This document shows positions 19,181 to 29,112 of a stretch of 64,000 bases of DNA, piece after piece. The translations under genes were made by a program, and so were the position numbers. A model generated the notes under the pieces. That model worked only from the letters and a program-made list of their open reading frames with translations. It ran no database searches and was not told the DNA's origin. Each line of letters opens with the position of its first letter. Positions within the stretch are counted from its first letter, which is position 1. Source of the DNA: Patescibacteria group bacterium (lineage in GTDB: Bacteria; Patescibacteriota; Patescibacteriia; Magasanikbacterales; GWA2-37-8); assembly GCA_041649475.1 (NCBI GenBank), contig JBAZNA010000001.1, positions 611,308 through 675,307 of the forward strand. Direction: 5' to 3'.

Positions 19181-20986
19181 ATGTCAATTCAAACAGATAA
19201 AATCAGAAACTTCTGTATTATTGCTCACATAGACCACGGAAAATCCACACTGGCGGATCGTTTTTTGGAATACACGGGCACGGTCTCTAAGCGTGACATG
19301 AAGGACCAACTTTTGGATTCAATGGATCTGGAGCGCGAACGCGGGATAACTATAAAGCTCACGCCGGTCAGGATGAATTATAAAGAATATATTTTAAATT
19401 TAATTGACACCCCGGGCCATGTTGATTTTAATTATGAGGTCTCACGTTCACTGGCCGCGGTTGAAGGCGCGGTGCTGTTGGTTGATGCTTCACAAGGCGT
19501 ACAGGCCCAAACAATTGGCAATTTGTATCTGGCTCTTGAACAAAATTTAACCATCATTCCGGTAATCAACAAAATTGACATGCCGATTGCCAATGTGGAA
19601 AAAACCAAAGCCGAAATCATCCACTTAATCGGCTGTAAGCCCGAAGAAATTATTTTGGCCTCCGGCAAAACCGGCCAGGGGGTTGAGGATATTTTAAACG
19701 CCATTGTGGACCGCATTCCCCCGCCCCAGGATAATTCTACTAAAGAAACCCGGGCTTTAATTTTTGATTCTGAATATAATGATTATAAAGGCGTGATCGC
19801 GTCAGTCGGCATGGTTGACGGCGAACTAAAAAAAGGCGACAAAATATTTTTACTGGGCACCCGCGCCGAAGCGGAAATTTTAGAGATTGGTTATTACACC
19901 CCCAAATTCAAACCCATGGAAAATTTGCGCAATGGTGAAATTGGCTATGTAGTCACCGGTCTAAAAGAATTAAAAGATTGCCGGGTTGGCGATACCATCA
20001 CAAAAATTACCGGCGAAATCAAAGAGATTCACACCGCACAGCTTCCGGGCTACAAAGAAGTCAAGCCCATGGTCTATGCCGGAATTTTTCCCAAAGAAGG
20101 AGACAACTACCAACTGCTTCGCGATGCCATAGATAAATTAAAATTAAACGACGCTTCCCTGTTTTATGAACCCGAACACTCGCTCGCGCTCGGGTTTGGT
20201 TTTCGCTGCGGATTTTTGGGCTTACTGCATTTGGATATTTTTCAAGAAAGATTACGGCGCGAACATAACTTAGACATAATCATCACCGTGCCCAGCGTGG
20301 CTTATAAAATTTTTAAAACCGGGGGTGAAGAAAAAATTATCCACAGCCCCCAGGAAATGCCCGACCCCAACCATTTGGAAAAAACCCAGGAACCATGGAT
20401 GCGATTGGATATTATCACCCCGAAAGATTTTGTCGGAAATGTGATGTCGCTTATTTCTGAACGCAAGGGAAAATACATCAATACCGAGTATTTAAGCTCT
20501 GACACCGACCAGCGCGCCATGCTTCATTATGAGATCCCCCTTGCCTCGCTTATCACTGACTTTTATGATAAACTTAAAACAGTCACTTCCGGCTACGCGT
20601 CCATGAATTATGAGTTTAAGGACTACGAGGAAACCGACGTGGTTAAACTTGATATTATGGTGGCCGAAGAGCCGGTGGAAGCGCTCTCTACGCTGGTTTG
20701 GCGAGATCAGGCCTATAAAACCGGTAAAAAAATCGTTGAGTCCCTAAAGGACTCATTGCCCAGACAACAATTTGTGGTAAAAATTCAGGCCGCTGTGGGT
20801 GGAAAAGTTATTGCGGCAGACCGTTTATCCGCTTTGCGAAAAGATGTATTGGCAAAAATGAGCGGCGGCGACTATACCCGCAAAATGAAGTTGTTGCAAA
20901 AACAGAAGAAAGGGAAGAAACGATTAGTGGCGCACGGCAAGGTGGATATCCCAACCGAGACATATTTAGCGGTATTAAAAAGATAA
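19181..20986 (+). CDS. lepA: Translation elongation factor 4 (LepA)
   Basis: IRNFCIIAHIDHGKSTLADR, LIDTPGHVDF, GFRCGFLGLLH. Confidence 0.98.
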   Translation: MSIQTDKIRNFCIIAHIDHGKSTLADRFLEYTGTVSKRDMKDQLLDSMDLERERGITIKLTPVRMNYKEYILNLIDTPGHVDFNYEVSRSLAAVEGAVLLVDASQGVQAQTIGNLYLALEQNLTIIPVINKIDMPIANVEKTKAEIIHLIGCKPEEIILASGKTGQGVEDILNAIVDRIPPPQDNSTKETRALIFDSEYNDYKGVIASVGMVDGELKKGDKIFLLGTRAEAEILEIGYYTPKFKPMENLRNGEIGYVVTGLKELKDCRVGDTITKITGEIKEIHTAQLPGYKEVKPMVYAGIFPKEGDNYQLLRDAIDKLKLNDASLFYEPEHSLALGFGFRCGFLGLLHLDIFQERLRREHNLDIIITVPSVAYKIFKTGGEEKIIHSPQEMPDPNHLEKTQEPWMRLDIITPKDFVGNVMSLISERKGKYINTEYLSSDTDQRAMLHYEIPLASLITDFYDKLKTVTSGYASMNYEFKDYEETDVVKLDIMVAEEPVEALSTLVWRDQAYKTGKKIVESLKDSLPRQQFVVKIQAAVGGKVIAADRLSALRKDVLAKMSGGDYTRKMKLLQKQKKGKKRLVAHGKVDIPTETYLAVLKR

Positions 20987-21001
20987 ATACTCATTTCGCT
21001 T

Positions 21002-21097
21002 ATGAAACCAAAAACAGCCAAAAAAATCTGGTTTGTCATTTCACTGATCGGCATTCTGGCAATGCTGCTTTTTACAATGTTGCCGGCATTTCAATAA
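21002..21097 (+). CDS. 31-aa single-TM microprotein (MKPKTAKKIWFVISLIGILAMLLFTMLPAFQ)
   Basis: ATG..TAA ORF filling the gap after lepA; basic N-terminus plus hydrophobic helix; below the ORF-track cutoff. Confidence 0.6.
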   Translation: MKPKTAKKIWFVISLIGILAMLLFTMLPAFQ

Positions 21098-21111
21098 TTT
21101 GCGCCCGGACT

Positions 21112-21510
21112 ATGCGTTTGCTCCGTAAATACCAACTGGACATAATTTTCTTATTTTTTGCCTTTCAAATATACATTTGGCTGGGTTTTATTGCTTTAAA
21201 TAAATATTTACTGATTGATCCCCGCGACTACGAATGGTACATCGTCGGGCCGTTTATAATTTTATACTTTCTTTATATCTGGCAAATCAGAAATAAAATT
21301 AATATTTCAGAAAGAAGACAGGTAACCGGAAAAAGTTTAATTTATTGGATCGCCCTGGGAATACTGCTTTTTGCCACCTATGGCGGACCAATCCCGGCCG
21401 CGGAATATTGGTCCATTGACGCCTTCTTTATAATGTTTACACTGTTTCTAGCCGACTCATACTGGGATTTTAAAAAAATGACTCTAAAGGAAATCGCCAA
21501 CACCAAGTAA
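21112..21510 (+). CDS. Hypothetical membrane protein (about 4 TM)
   Basis: Hydrophobic 132-aa ORF in the same-strand run between lepA and recJ. Confidence 0.7.
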   Translation: MRLLRKYQLDIIFLFFAFQIYIWLGFIALNKYLLIDPRDYEWYIVGPFIILYFLYIWQIRNKINISERRQVTGKSLIYWIALGILLFATYGGPIPAAEYWSIDAFFIMFTLFLADSYWDFKKMTLKEIANTK

Positions 21511-21514
21511 CTCT

Positions 21515-23293
21515 ATGCCCAAAAAATGGATTATCAGTTCTCCGCCGTCAGCGGATTTTATAAATTCTCATCCGGAGTTGCCGCCGATTATCGCCCGCCT
21601 GCTTTGGAATAGAAATCTTCATGCGCAGGAGCAAATTGATGAATTTTTAAACCCCGACTACTCCCAGGATATTCATGATCCGTATTTATTTAAGGACATG
21701 AAAAAAGCGCTGGAGATAATTTTTAAAGCGATCAAGGCGCAAAAAAATATTGTCGTGCATGGCGACTATGACGCCGACGGCGTCTGTGCGACCGCAATTT
21801 TAGTCAGCACGCTAAAAAAATTGGGTGCGCAAAATGTCAGCGTCTTTATTCCCCACCGCGAAATTGACGGCTATGGCTTAAACACCAATACCGTGGAATC
21901 TTTGTCCGCGCAAAAAACCGATTTAATCATCACTTGCGACTGCGGCATCAGTAATTTTGAAGAAGTAGCTTTGGTAAAAAAGAAAGGGATGCAAATTATT
22001 GTAACTGATCATCACACCGTGCCGAAAAAAAATCCGGCGGCGGACGCGATTATTCACCCCTTGGTTGATAAGAACTACCCGGATAAGGGCTTGTGCGGCG
22101 CCGCCGTGGCCTTTAAACTGGTTCAAGGCCTGCTTAAAAAACACACCGAAGATAACGACACTTTGCCGGACGGACAAGCTCATGAGGCCTTTGAAAAATG
22201 GCTGCTTGATTTGGTGGCTATTGCCACCATCGGCGACATGGTGCCGCTCCTTGGCGAATCCCGCACCCTGACCAAATACGGACTTACGGTTTTAAATAAA
22301 ACCAGAAATATCGGTTTAAAAAAATTATGTGTTGTGGCCGGCATTGCCGACGAAAAAGGCCAGAGCAAACGCGGCGCTTATGACGCCCACAGCGTCAGTT
22401 TTCAAATCGTACCGCGACTGAACGCCGCCGGGCGCATGGATCACGCCAATACCGCCTATGCCCTGCTCATGGCCACGGACGAAAAAGAAGCGGAGGCCTT
22501 GGCCGCGCAGCTTAATAAAAATAATACTGACCGCCAAAAACTGACCGAACAATATGTCAGCGAAGCGCGCAAACAAATAAAAGAAACCCACCAGGAAAAT
22601 AACAGCGTGCTTTTTGTTTTGGGCCAGAACTGGCCAACCGGTATTTTCGGGCTGGTTTCCGGAAAATTAAAAGATGAATTTTATAAACCGGCTATAGTCA
22701 TGGGCGAAGCAAAAGACGAGATCAGCGGTTCGGGCCGAAGCATAAAAGAATTCAATTTGATTGCGGCGCTTCAATCCATGCCTGAAATTTTTGAAAAATT
22801 CGGCGGCCATCCGCAGGCCTGCGGTTTTGAATTAAAAAGCAAAGATAAACTGGAAGAATTTAAAAATAAATTATCTAAAGCGGCCGCTTTGCAGACCGCC
22901 GGCGTTGAACTTCTGCCGCAAATAAATATTGACGCCGAGGTTGATTTGGATGAAGTGAATTGGAAATTATATGATCTGCTGCAAAAATTTGAACCGTTTG
23001 GCATGGCTAACGAAGAACCGGTGTATACGGCCGGCTCGCTCACGCTCGCCGGTATTGAACCGGTCGGTCAGGACGGCAAGCATCTGCGCCTGATGGTAAA
23101 ACATAATTCCCAGGTGATTAAAAAAACCATTGGCTTCGGCTTGGGCGACAGCAACAGAAATGAAACCAACTGGAAAGAAATCCTCAAACCCGGCGACAAA
23201 ATTGATATGGTTTTTACGGTCGGCGTAAATGAATGGAATGGAAATAGAGAACTACAACTTACGATAGAGGATATAAAGAAAACAAAAGAGTGA
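21515..23293 (+). CDS. recJ: Single-stranded-DNA-specific exonuclease RecJ
   Basis: HGDYDADG, TCDCG, TDHH, PRLNAAGR, GSGRS, GGHPQACG. Confidence 0.97.
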   Translation: MPKKWIISSPPSADFINSHPELPPIIARLLWNRNLHAQEQIDEFLNPDYSQDIHDPYLFKDMKKALEIIFKAIKAQKNIVVHGDYDADGVCATAILVSTLKKLGAQNVSVFIPHREIDGYGLNTNTVESLSAQKTDLIITCDCGISNFEEVALVKKKGMQIIVTDHHTVPKKNPAADAIIHPLVDKNYPDKGLCGAAVAFKLVQGLLKKHTEDNDTLPDGQAHEAFEKWLLDLVAIATIGDMVPLLGESRTLTKYGLTVLNKTRNIGLKKLCVVAGIADEKGQSKRGAYDAHSVSFQIVPRLNAAGRMDHANTAYALLMATDEKEAEALAAQLNKNNTDRQKLTEQYVSEARKQIKETHQENNSVLFVLGQNWPTGIFGLVSGKLKDEFYKPAIVMGEAKDEISGSGRSIKEFNLIAALQSMPEIFEKFGGHPQACGFELKSKDKLEEFKNKLSKAAALQTAGVELLPQINIDAEVDLDEVNWKLYDLLQKFEPFGMANEEPVYTAGSLTLAGIEPVGQDGKHLRLMVKHNSQVIKKTIGFGLGDSNRNETNWKEILKPGDKIDMVFTVGVNEWNGNRELQLTIEDIKKTKE

Positions 23294-23359
23294 GAGAAAA
23301 AGTTTTGAGCACTAGGCGTATGCCTTGGCGAAAAACTTTTTCTCTCACTCTTTTGTTTT
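23279..23359 (+). repeat. Dispersed long hairpin element, copy 1
   Basis: 28-bp perfect stem around GAGCACTAGGC-GTAT-GCCTTGGCGA; overlaps the recJ stop. Confidence 0.9.
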
Positions 23360-23366
23360 TTAAGTA

Positions 23367-23678
23367 TTATCTATTCTTAATCTCATTCTCCAGCTTCCCC
23401 CATCTCTTTTTCAGTTCCTTCACCAATCCCGCTTTTACATCCATAGCCATCTCGCGCTTATTCGCGTACTCCTCGGTGGCACGCTCCACCAACGCGTCAT
23501 ACATTTCTTTGGTGGGCCCCTCCAGCTGTTTCATGCTTTCTTTGAGCTGCATAAACAAAGCATCGGCATGTTCCATTATTTTATCTCTCATCTCTTTTCC
23601 TTTTGGCGTAACATTGAGCCACATCAAAGCCGCGCCTAAAATGCCGCCCAACAAAAGTCCTTTCTTAAATCTGCCCAT
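23367..23678 (-). CDS. YtxH domain-containing protein
   Basis: GLLLGGILGAA..TPKGKEMR followed by a helical tail. Confidence 0.8.
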   Translation of the reverse strand: MGRFKKGLLLGGILGAALMWLNVTPKGKEMRDKIMEHADALFMQLKESMKQLEGPTKEMYDALVERATEEYANKREMAMDVKAGLVKELKKRWGKLENEIKNR

Positions 23679-23704
23679 ATAATAATAAATTATTATTAAA
23701 CAAT

Positions 23705-24568
23705 TTATTGAGCTGGAGTAGCGCAGTCAGCGCTTCCGGTGTTTGCGCCGGCAGTGTAGCCAAAGCCCGCCGAATATGAGGTGTTGTCTAATGTGGTATT
23801 ACATTCTGACGGCTGATTGGTAAAACTGGCGCAGATTGCCTCTTTTACGCCCTCGGCCGTACGATTGGCATCCGCCTGTGTGCCGTTGATAACCAAGGTC
23901 GGCGACCCCTGCACGCCATATTGTGTATTCAAATCAGTATAAATCGGATATAAAGGATACTGGCCGCTAAGCCAAGTGCTCTGATCATTATACTTATCCA
24001 TTATACCATAAGTTTTGTTGGTGGCATCAACACAACTGTTTAATTTGGAAACATCCACGCCGGCTGAAGTCAGACACGACTGAAAATCATCCTTGCCGGT
24101 AAAGCATTTCAGGTAAGAAATATATTTTGTCGGCTGTTCTTTTTGAATACAATATTGCCTGGTATTCTCTTCAATTTCTTTTAAGCCGTGCATGGCATAA
24201 TCAACAAATTTTACAGTGATGTCGGCTTTATTTTTTAATAAATCCCAAGCCGGCAAATAGGCCTTTTCCATCTGCAGTCCATACGGGCAATAGGCCATAA
24301 CAAACAATTCAACCTTCGGTTTGGCTGATTTGGTCACAGTCGCGGCGGCCGGAGTTTGCGGTGTCTGGTTGGTATTGGCTGTATTAGCGGCCACAACCTC
24401 ATTACCGGTTCCTTTTGCTGTTGTGCTATCAGCCAATCCGCCTTTTAACATTACAGCGCCTAACACCACAAAACCAACGGTACCAAGAAGCAGAACGCCG
24501 CCGATGGCGCCAACCAGCAGAGCGCTTTTGGGCTCCAAACTGGCAAAAAATGTCTTTTTTTCGTCCAT
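23705..24568 (-). CDS. Membrane-anchored thioredoxin-fold (DsbA-like) protein
   Basis: VELFVMAYCPYG and YGVQGSPTLVING; N-terminal TM. Confidence 0.8.
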   Translation of the reverse strand: MDEKKTFFASLEPKSALLVGAIGGVLLLGTVGFVVLGAVMLKGGLADSTTAKGTGNEVVAANTANTNQTPQTPAAATVTKSAKPKVELFVMAYCPYGLQMEKAYLPAWDLLKNKADITVKFVDYAMHGLKEIEENTRQYCIQKEQPTKYISYLKCFTGKDDFQSCLTSAGVDVSKLNSCVDATNKTYGIMDKYNDQSTWLSGQYPLYPIYTDLNTQYGVQGSPTLVINGTQADANRTAEGVKEAICASFTNQPSECNTTLDNTSYSAGFGYTAGANTGSADCATPAQ

Positions 24569-24577
24569 AGATAAAAA

Positions 24578-25090
24578 TTATTTATTTATTAAAATTTTAG
24601 ATGCTAGATTATTATATGCCATTTCGTAGTCAAGCGCAAGCTGTTTTTCCTTCCTTTCATCAATAACTAGATCTGCCGCTTTTAACAAACGCGGAACATA
24701 ATAAACATTATACAGCTGTATCAACAAACTGAACAGGTCAGCAGTAATAATATTACGATGGCGGGTAACTAGCAAAGGAATCTCGGGGTGCAAAACTTTC
24801 CACTTCAGGATTTTTCCGGCCAGGCCAAATAGCGGCGTGTGTAAATGAACAATATCAAATTTTTCTAAGGATGAAATTATGTCACTGACATTTTCAGTAC
24901 CGGCCAAGCTGTGCGATGAAGCAACTTTTTGAACCTCACGCTCCATTCTTCGGGAAGTGTTTCCGTACTGCAAAGTAACCGCTTCAGTTTCAATTCCCAA
25001 CTTATATAAGTCCTCCACCAGCTTAAAGGCCTCTGATTTTATCTGATCAAAGTACTCAAAGGCGGCGGGAATTATATGGATGACTTTCAT
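24578..25090 (-). CDS. Glycosyltransferase family 4 N-terminal-domain-only protein
   Basis: MKVIHII.., FDIVHLHTP; lacks the C-terminal Rossmann domain. Confidence 0.6.
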   Translation of the reverse strand: MKVIHIIPAAFEYFDQIKSEAFKLVEDLYKLGIETEAVTLQYGNTSRRMEREVQKVASSHSLAGTENVSDIISSLEKFDIVHLHTPLFGLAGKILKWKVLHPEIPLLVTRHRNIITADLFSLLIQLYNVYYVPRLLKAADLVIDERKEKQLALDYEMAYNNLASKILINK

Positions 25091-25096
25091 GTTTAA

Positions 25097-25909
25097 CTAA
25101 AGTTTCTTCATTGTTATGTGTATGTTCGGAGATGGAATCCTAGAAAATATCACTGATTCCAAATATATCAAACTATTTACCAATTTTTTAATCACGCCAA
25201 TCCCCTTGCCGTCTAACTGCGAAAAATATTTTTCATTATTCATTTGCTCCACACCTTGTTTTTTTGCCGCCCTATCCATTAAATAAAAGGATAAAATTCC
25301 TACCCACTGTCCCAAAACATGCTCACTGTATCTTACCTTTGCTTTTTTAAACCCGGCCTCTGCCAATTTTTTTAAAAGCTCTTTACGGGAAAAATAATTT
25401 ATATGCCCGGCATATTTTTTTGTCAGATCTTTTTTTAAACCAAAATTTTCCAAACAATGCCAATAGGAAAGCCAGTCGCCTTCGCAGGGCACAAAACAAT
25501 AAAATACTCCGCCAGTTTTTAAAACCCTTTTAATTTCCGACAAAACCGCGTCCACGTCCTCAACATGCTCCAACACGTCATAAATCAGCACGGCTTCAAA
25601 AAAATTATCCGCGTAAGGCAATTTTGCGCTTTCGTTTAAAGCGTAAGTAACGCCGTCATTTTCTTTTTTAGCCAAACTTATCGCCGACTCACTGATATCA
25701 CAGCCGTAACATTCCAATTCCGGACGAAGTTTTTTTATCGTTCTGATAAACTGGCCGGCCCCGCAACCCAATTCCAAAACACTTCCGGCCGCCGGCACGC
25801 CGCGCAAAGCCCGCAAACTTTGCTTTAAGCGAAAACTGGTCGGCGAACTCCATTTTAAATTCGCCACACCCTGTCCCCAGACGGATTTTTCGTAATCAAA
25901 CATCTCCAT
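25097..25909 (-). CDS. Class I SAM-dependent methyltransferase
   Basis: VLELGCGAG, GCDIS, DVLEHV..EIKRVLKTGG. Confidence 0.92.
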   Translation of the reverse strand: MEMFDYEKSVWGQGVANLKWSSPTSFRLKQSLRALRGVPAAGSVLELGCGAGQFIRTIKKLRPELECYGCDISESAISLAKKENDGVTYALNESAKLPYADNFFEAVLIYDVLEHVEDVDAVLSEIKRVLKTGGVFYCFVPCEGDWLSYWHCLENFGLKKDLTKKYAGHINYFSRKELLKKLAEAGFKKAKVRYSEHVLGQWVGILSFYLMDRAAKKQGVEQMNNEKYFSQLDGKGIGVIKKLVNSLIYLESVIFSRIPSPNIHITMKKL

Positions 25910-27005
25910 AAACAGCTTCTAGTTTTTCAACATGCGTATCCCAGCTATATTTTTCAATTATTTTTTTGCGGCCATTTTCGCCCATTTGTTTTTTGGTTTC
26001 CGCCGGCATGGCCAGCACCTGTAAAATTTTAGCGGCCAAATCATCGGCCGATCCTTTGGCAAATAAAAGTCCGTCAACCCCGTCGGTAATTCTGTTTCTG
26101 ATGGCCGGAATATCAGTGCCGACAACCGGCACTCCGCAGGACATAGCTTCAGAAACAACCATGCCGAATGATTCATAATCAGACGACAAAACAAAGCAAT
26201 CGGAAATATTATAATAATCAGCCAAAAGCTGACTGTTGGCGCAAGCGCCGACAAATCTCACTTGGGAATAAATGCCCAATTCATTCGCCATTTTTACATA
26301 TTTATCCAATTCATATCCCCCACCGACAACCACCAGCGCGATATTGGAGTCATTTATTTTTTTAATCGCTTCCAGCAAGAGGTCCAAGCGTTTGAGCGGA
26401 ATCGGATTGCCCACAAATGAAATAATTTTTTTACCGCTCAAATCCTGCAAATCAACTTCGGATAAATCAACGCTCATTGGTTTAAAAATTTTCGTATCAA
26501 CGCCGTTGGCAATCTCTGCCACATTTTCCGGTTTCACTTTTTTGGCATACTGCACGGTTTTAAAATAATCACTGTCAACCACAATGACTTTTTTCGCCCG
26601 GGAAAAAATAAACGGCGGCCAAACCAGATCATACATTTTTTGTAAAACGGATTTTATGCCGGTTGTTTGGGCATCCATGTGATAAGTGAGCACAAACGGC
26701 TTACGGCTGAAACAAAGCCATTCGGCGGCGCCATAAAACGGATAATGCAAGTGCACCAAATCAAATTCTTTTAAATGCCACGCTAATTGCGGGATTTCAC
26801 CGGCATCGCCGTATTTAAACAAAGCCGGAATCCGAACTACTGAAAATGAATTGATGGTATCATCATAAACCGTGTCCGGATATTTTAAAGTGAACACGGT
26901 CACATCGTGTCCTTTGTCGGACAACAAATCCGCCTCATGCCAACAGACACTGCCCATGCCGCCCAAATGCGGCGGAAAAGTTGAAACAATATGGGCGATT
27001 TTCAT
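25896..27005 (-). CDS. Glycosyltransferase family 4
   Basis: FPPHLGG, IANGVDT, ESFGMVVSEAMSCGVPVV. Confidence 0.95.
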   Translation of the reverse strand: MKIAHIVSTFPPHLGGMGSVCWHEADLLSDKGHDVTVFTLKYPDTVYDDTINSFSVVRIPALFKYGDAGEIPQLAWHLKEFDLVHLHYPFYGAAEWLCFSRKPFVLTYHMDAQTTGIKSVLQKMYDLVWPPFIFSRAKKVIVVDSDYFKTVQYAKKVKPENVAEIANGVDTKIFKPMSVDLSEVDLQDLSGKKIISFVGNPIPLKRLDLLLEAIKKINDSNIALVVVGGGYELDKYVKMANELGIYSQVRFVGACANSQLLADYYNISDCFVLSSDYESFGMVVSEAMSCGVPVVGTDIPAIRNRITDGVDGLLFAKGSADDLAAKILQVLAMPAETKKQMGENGRKKIIEKYSWDTHVEKLEAVYGDV

Positions 27006-27014
27006 ACTTTATAT

Positions 27015-27350
27015 TTATACTTTATCTTTGGTTTTTTCCTCAAGAGCGTTTTGTCTTGTCAGTTTGGTGATATTCCTGTTCATTTGTTCTATTTTTATCA
27101 TCAGGCGAAAAATTACGAAGAAAAGCAGAGTGAGCGCGACATAAACTACCAAATCGGCGCCGCGGCCGATGCCGACCAATTTTGCCAAATAAGCGGCTGA
27201 ATTGGGGAGCAGAACCACCACGCCGGCGGCAAGCCAAAACAACACCCAGACCGACAAACCGCGCCAGCTTAATTCACCGGCCTGATAACGGCTGATTACT
27301 TTAATAATGGCGAAGATGAAAAAAATGATTAAAAATACTTGGATAAGCAT
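27015..27350 (-). CDS. DUF2304 family membrane protein
   Basis: LVGIGRGADLVVY, ITKLTR; follows a GT2 gene. Confidence 0.85.
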   Translation of the reverse strand: MLIQVFLIIFFIFAIIKVISRYQAGELSWRGLSVWVLFWLAAGVVVLLPNSAAYLAKLVGIGRGADLVVYVALTLLFFVIFRLMIKIEQMNRNITKLTRQNALEEKTKDKV

Positions 27351-27351
27351 A

Positions 27352-28014
27352 TTATTTTAATAAACGGGCTTTAAAAAGATCCCATAATATTTTTACACCA
27401 CCAGCGGGTCCTTGTCCATAACCGTGGTAAGTCACCCGCACGGGAAATTCCCTAAAAGTCAGTCCGGCTTTTTTTATTTGTTTAACAATCTCCGAATTAT
27501 GCGCCATGCGATCCTGGGTAATTTTTATTTTTTCCAGAGCTTTTCTTGATAATACACGAAAACCATTGTGAACATCCGAGAGCTTTACGCCTGTAAAAAT
27601 TTTATTAATCGCCCGTGCAACCGGAAAGATAATATATTTTTTTGACCACGGCATCTGCGAGCGCCCGTCTAAAAATCTTGATCCGAAAATAACGTCAACA
27701 TTATTTTTATTCATCGTCTCCAGCGCCGGACTTATATCAGCCGGATCAAACTGCCCGTCAGCGTCAAAATGCACGACCGCCTCCGCGCCGCGACTTATGG
27801 CAAACTCGTCGCCGGTTTGTAGGGCCGCACCCTGTCCCCTGTTTATTTTATGTTTTAAGGCGTAGACGCCGGCAGCCGTCGCCGCTTGAAAAGTTTGGTC
27901 GGCTGACCCGTCATCAACAACTACGATATTTTTAAACCCATGATTAAAAAGGCCGCTGATTACGCGGCCGATATTTTTTTCTTCATTGTAGGCCGGAATA
28001 ACTATAAAAACCAT
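27352..28014 (-). CDS. Glycosyltransferase family 2 (DPM1-like)
   Basis: IPAYNEE, VVDDGS, NRGQGAAL, FDADGQ, GSRF. Confidence 0.93.
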   Translation of the reverse strand: MVFIVIPAYNEEKNIGRVISGLFNHGFKNIVVVDDGSADQTFQAATAAGVYALKHKINRGQGAALQTGDEFAISRGAEAVVHFDADGQFDPADISPALETMNKNNVDVIFGSRFLDGRSQMPWSKKYIIFPVARAINKIFTGVKLSDVHNGFRVLSRKALEKIKITQDRMAHNSEIVKQIKKAGLTFREFPVRVTYHGYGQGPAGGVKILWDLFKARLLK

Positions 28015-28029
28015 AACCGGTAATTGTGT

Positions 28030-29052
28030 CTAGTAATTATGATCAAATAGCATTGCCTCTTTATTGGCAATGGTATAATCTACGGTTTTCTCAAGCCCGT
28101 CCTGCAAACGCACCAAAGGCATCCAGCCCAGAGCTGATTTTGCGTAGGCCAAATCCGGCGCGCCCTTGCGGGTTAAAAACAGCAATGGTTTTTCAAAGCG
28201 AATTTTTGAACCGGAATTGGTGGCCTCAATAATCATTTTGGCCACATCCGCGTATTTTACCACTTTGTCATGGCCCAGGTTCACTATGTTTACATCAGGC
28301 GCGCTATCCATCAGCCGCACCAAGCCGTCAATTAAATCAGTCACATAGCAAAGTGAGGTGGAAAAATTTTCATCGCCATAAACAACCAGATCCTTGCCGT
28401 CCAAGGCATTGATGATAAAATCAGGAATCAGCTGGCCTTCAAAAAGTTTCATGTGCGGGCCGTAAACCGTAAACACCCTGGCGATCTTGGCGTCTATACC
28501 GTGCACTTGCCGGTATGTGGCCACGCAGGTCTCGGCAAAACGCTTGCCTTCATCGTAACAGGCGCGCGGAGACAAGTGATCAACAATTCCCTGATCCGTT
28601 TCTTTAAAAACATCTTTGCTGTCGGTTGCGTTGCCATAAACTACCGAGCTAGAGGTAAAAACATATTTAGCGTGATATTTTACCGCCAAATCCAAAGTAT
28701 TAATCATGGCCGAAGAATTTGACCACAGCGACTGCATTTTTAATTTTTCAAAATCATTCGGGCTGGTCGGACAGGCCAGGTGATAAATTTCCTGTATGCC
28801 CTGAAATTTAACCCTGAACTTGTCCAGCTCTTCAAATTTTTCTAAATCAATCGGCTGATTAACGTCAAATTTAATAAATTCAAAATCCGGATATTGCAAT
28901 AAGTGATTGATGTTGGCCGGATTGGAATTGGAAAAATCATCCAGACAAATAACTTTTGCTTCCTTAAGCAGGCGTTCGCACAAATGCGAACCGATAAATC
29001 CCGCTCCGCCGGTTACGAGGACGTTTTTTTTCTCAAAAATTGGAGTATCCAT
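28030..29052 (-). CDS. NAD-dependent epimerase/dehydratase, UDP-glucuronate decarboxylase-like
   Basis: VTGGAGFIGSHLC, YHLACPTSP, RACYDEGKRFAE. Confidence 0.9.
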   Translation of the reverse strand: MDTPIFEKKNVLVTGGAGFIGSHLCERLLKEAKVICLDDFSNSNPANINHLLQYPDFEFIKFDVNQPIDLEKFEELDKFRVKFQGIQEIYHLACPTSPNDFEKLKMQSLWSNSSAMINTLDLAVKYHAKYVFTSSSVVYGNATDSKDVFKETDQGIVDHLSPRACYDEGKRFAETCVATYRQVHGIDAKIARVFTVYGPHMKLFEGQLIPDFIINALDGKDLVVYGDENFSTSLCYVTDLIDGLVRLMDSAPDVNIVNLGHDKVVKYADVAKMIIEATNSGSKIRFEKPLLFLTRKGAPDLAYAKSALGWMPLVRLQDGLEKTVDYTIANKEAMLFDHNY

Positions 29053-29112
29053 AAATATCTAAATTATATATAAGCGATAAGTATTTTATCATTTTTAGCT
29101 AAAATTTGCAAT

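Noticed and set aside
23290-23682. 130-aa plus-strand ORF after recJ
   Set aside because: Runs through the hairpin and antisense to the YtxH gene; no coding signal
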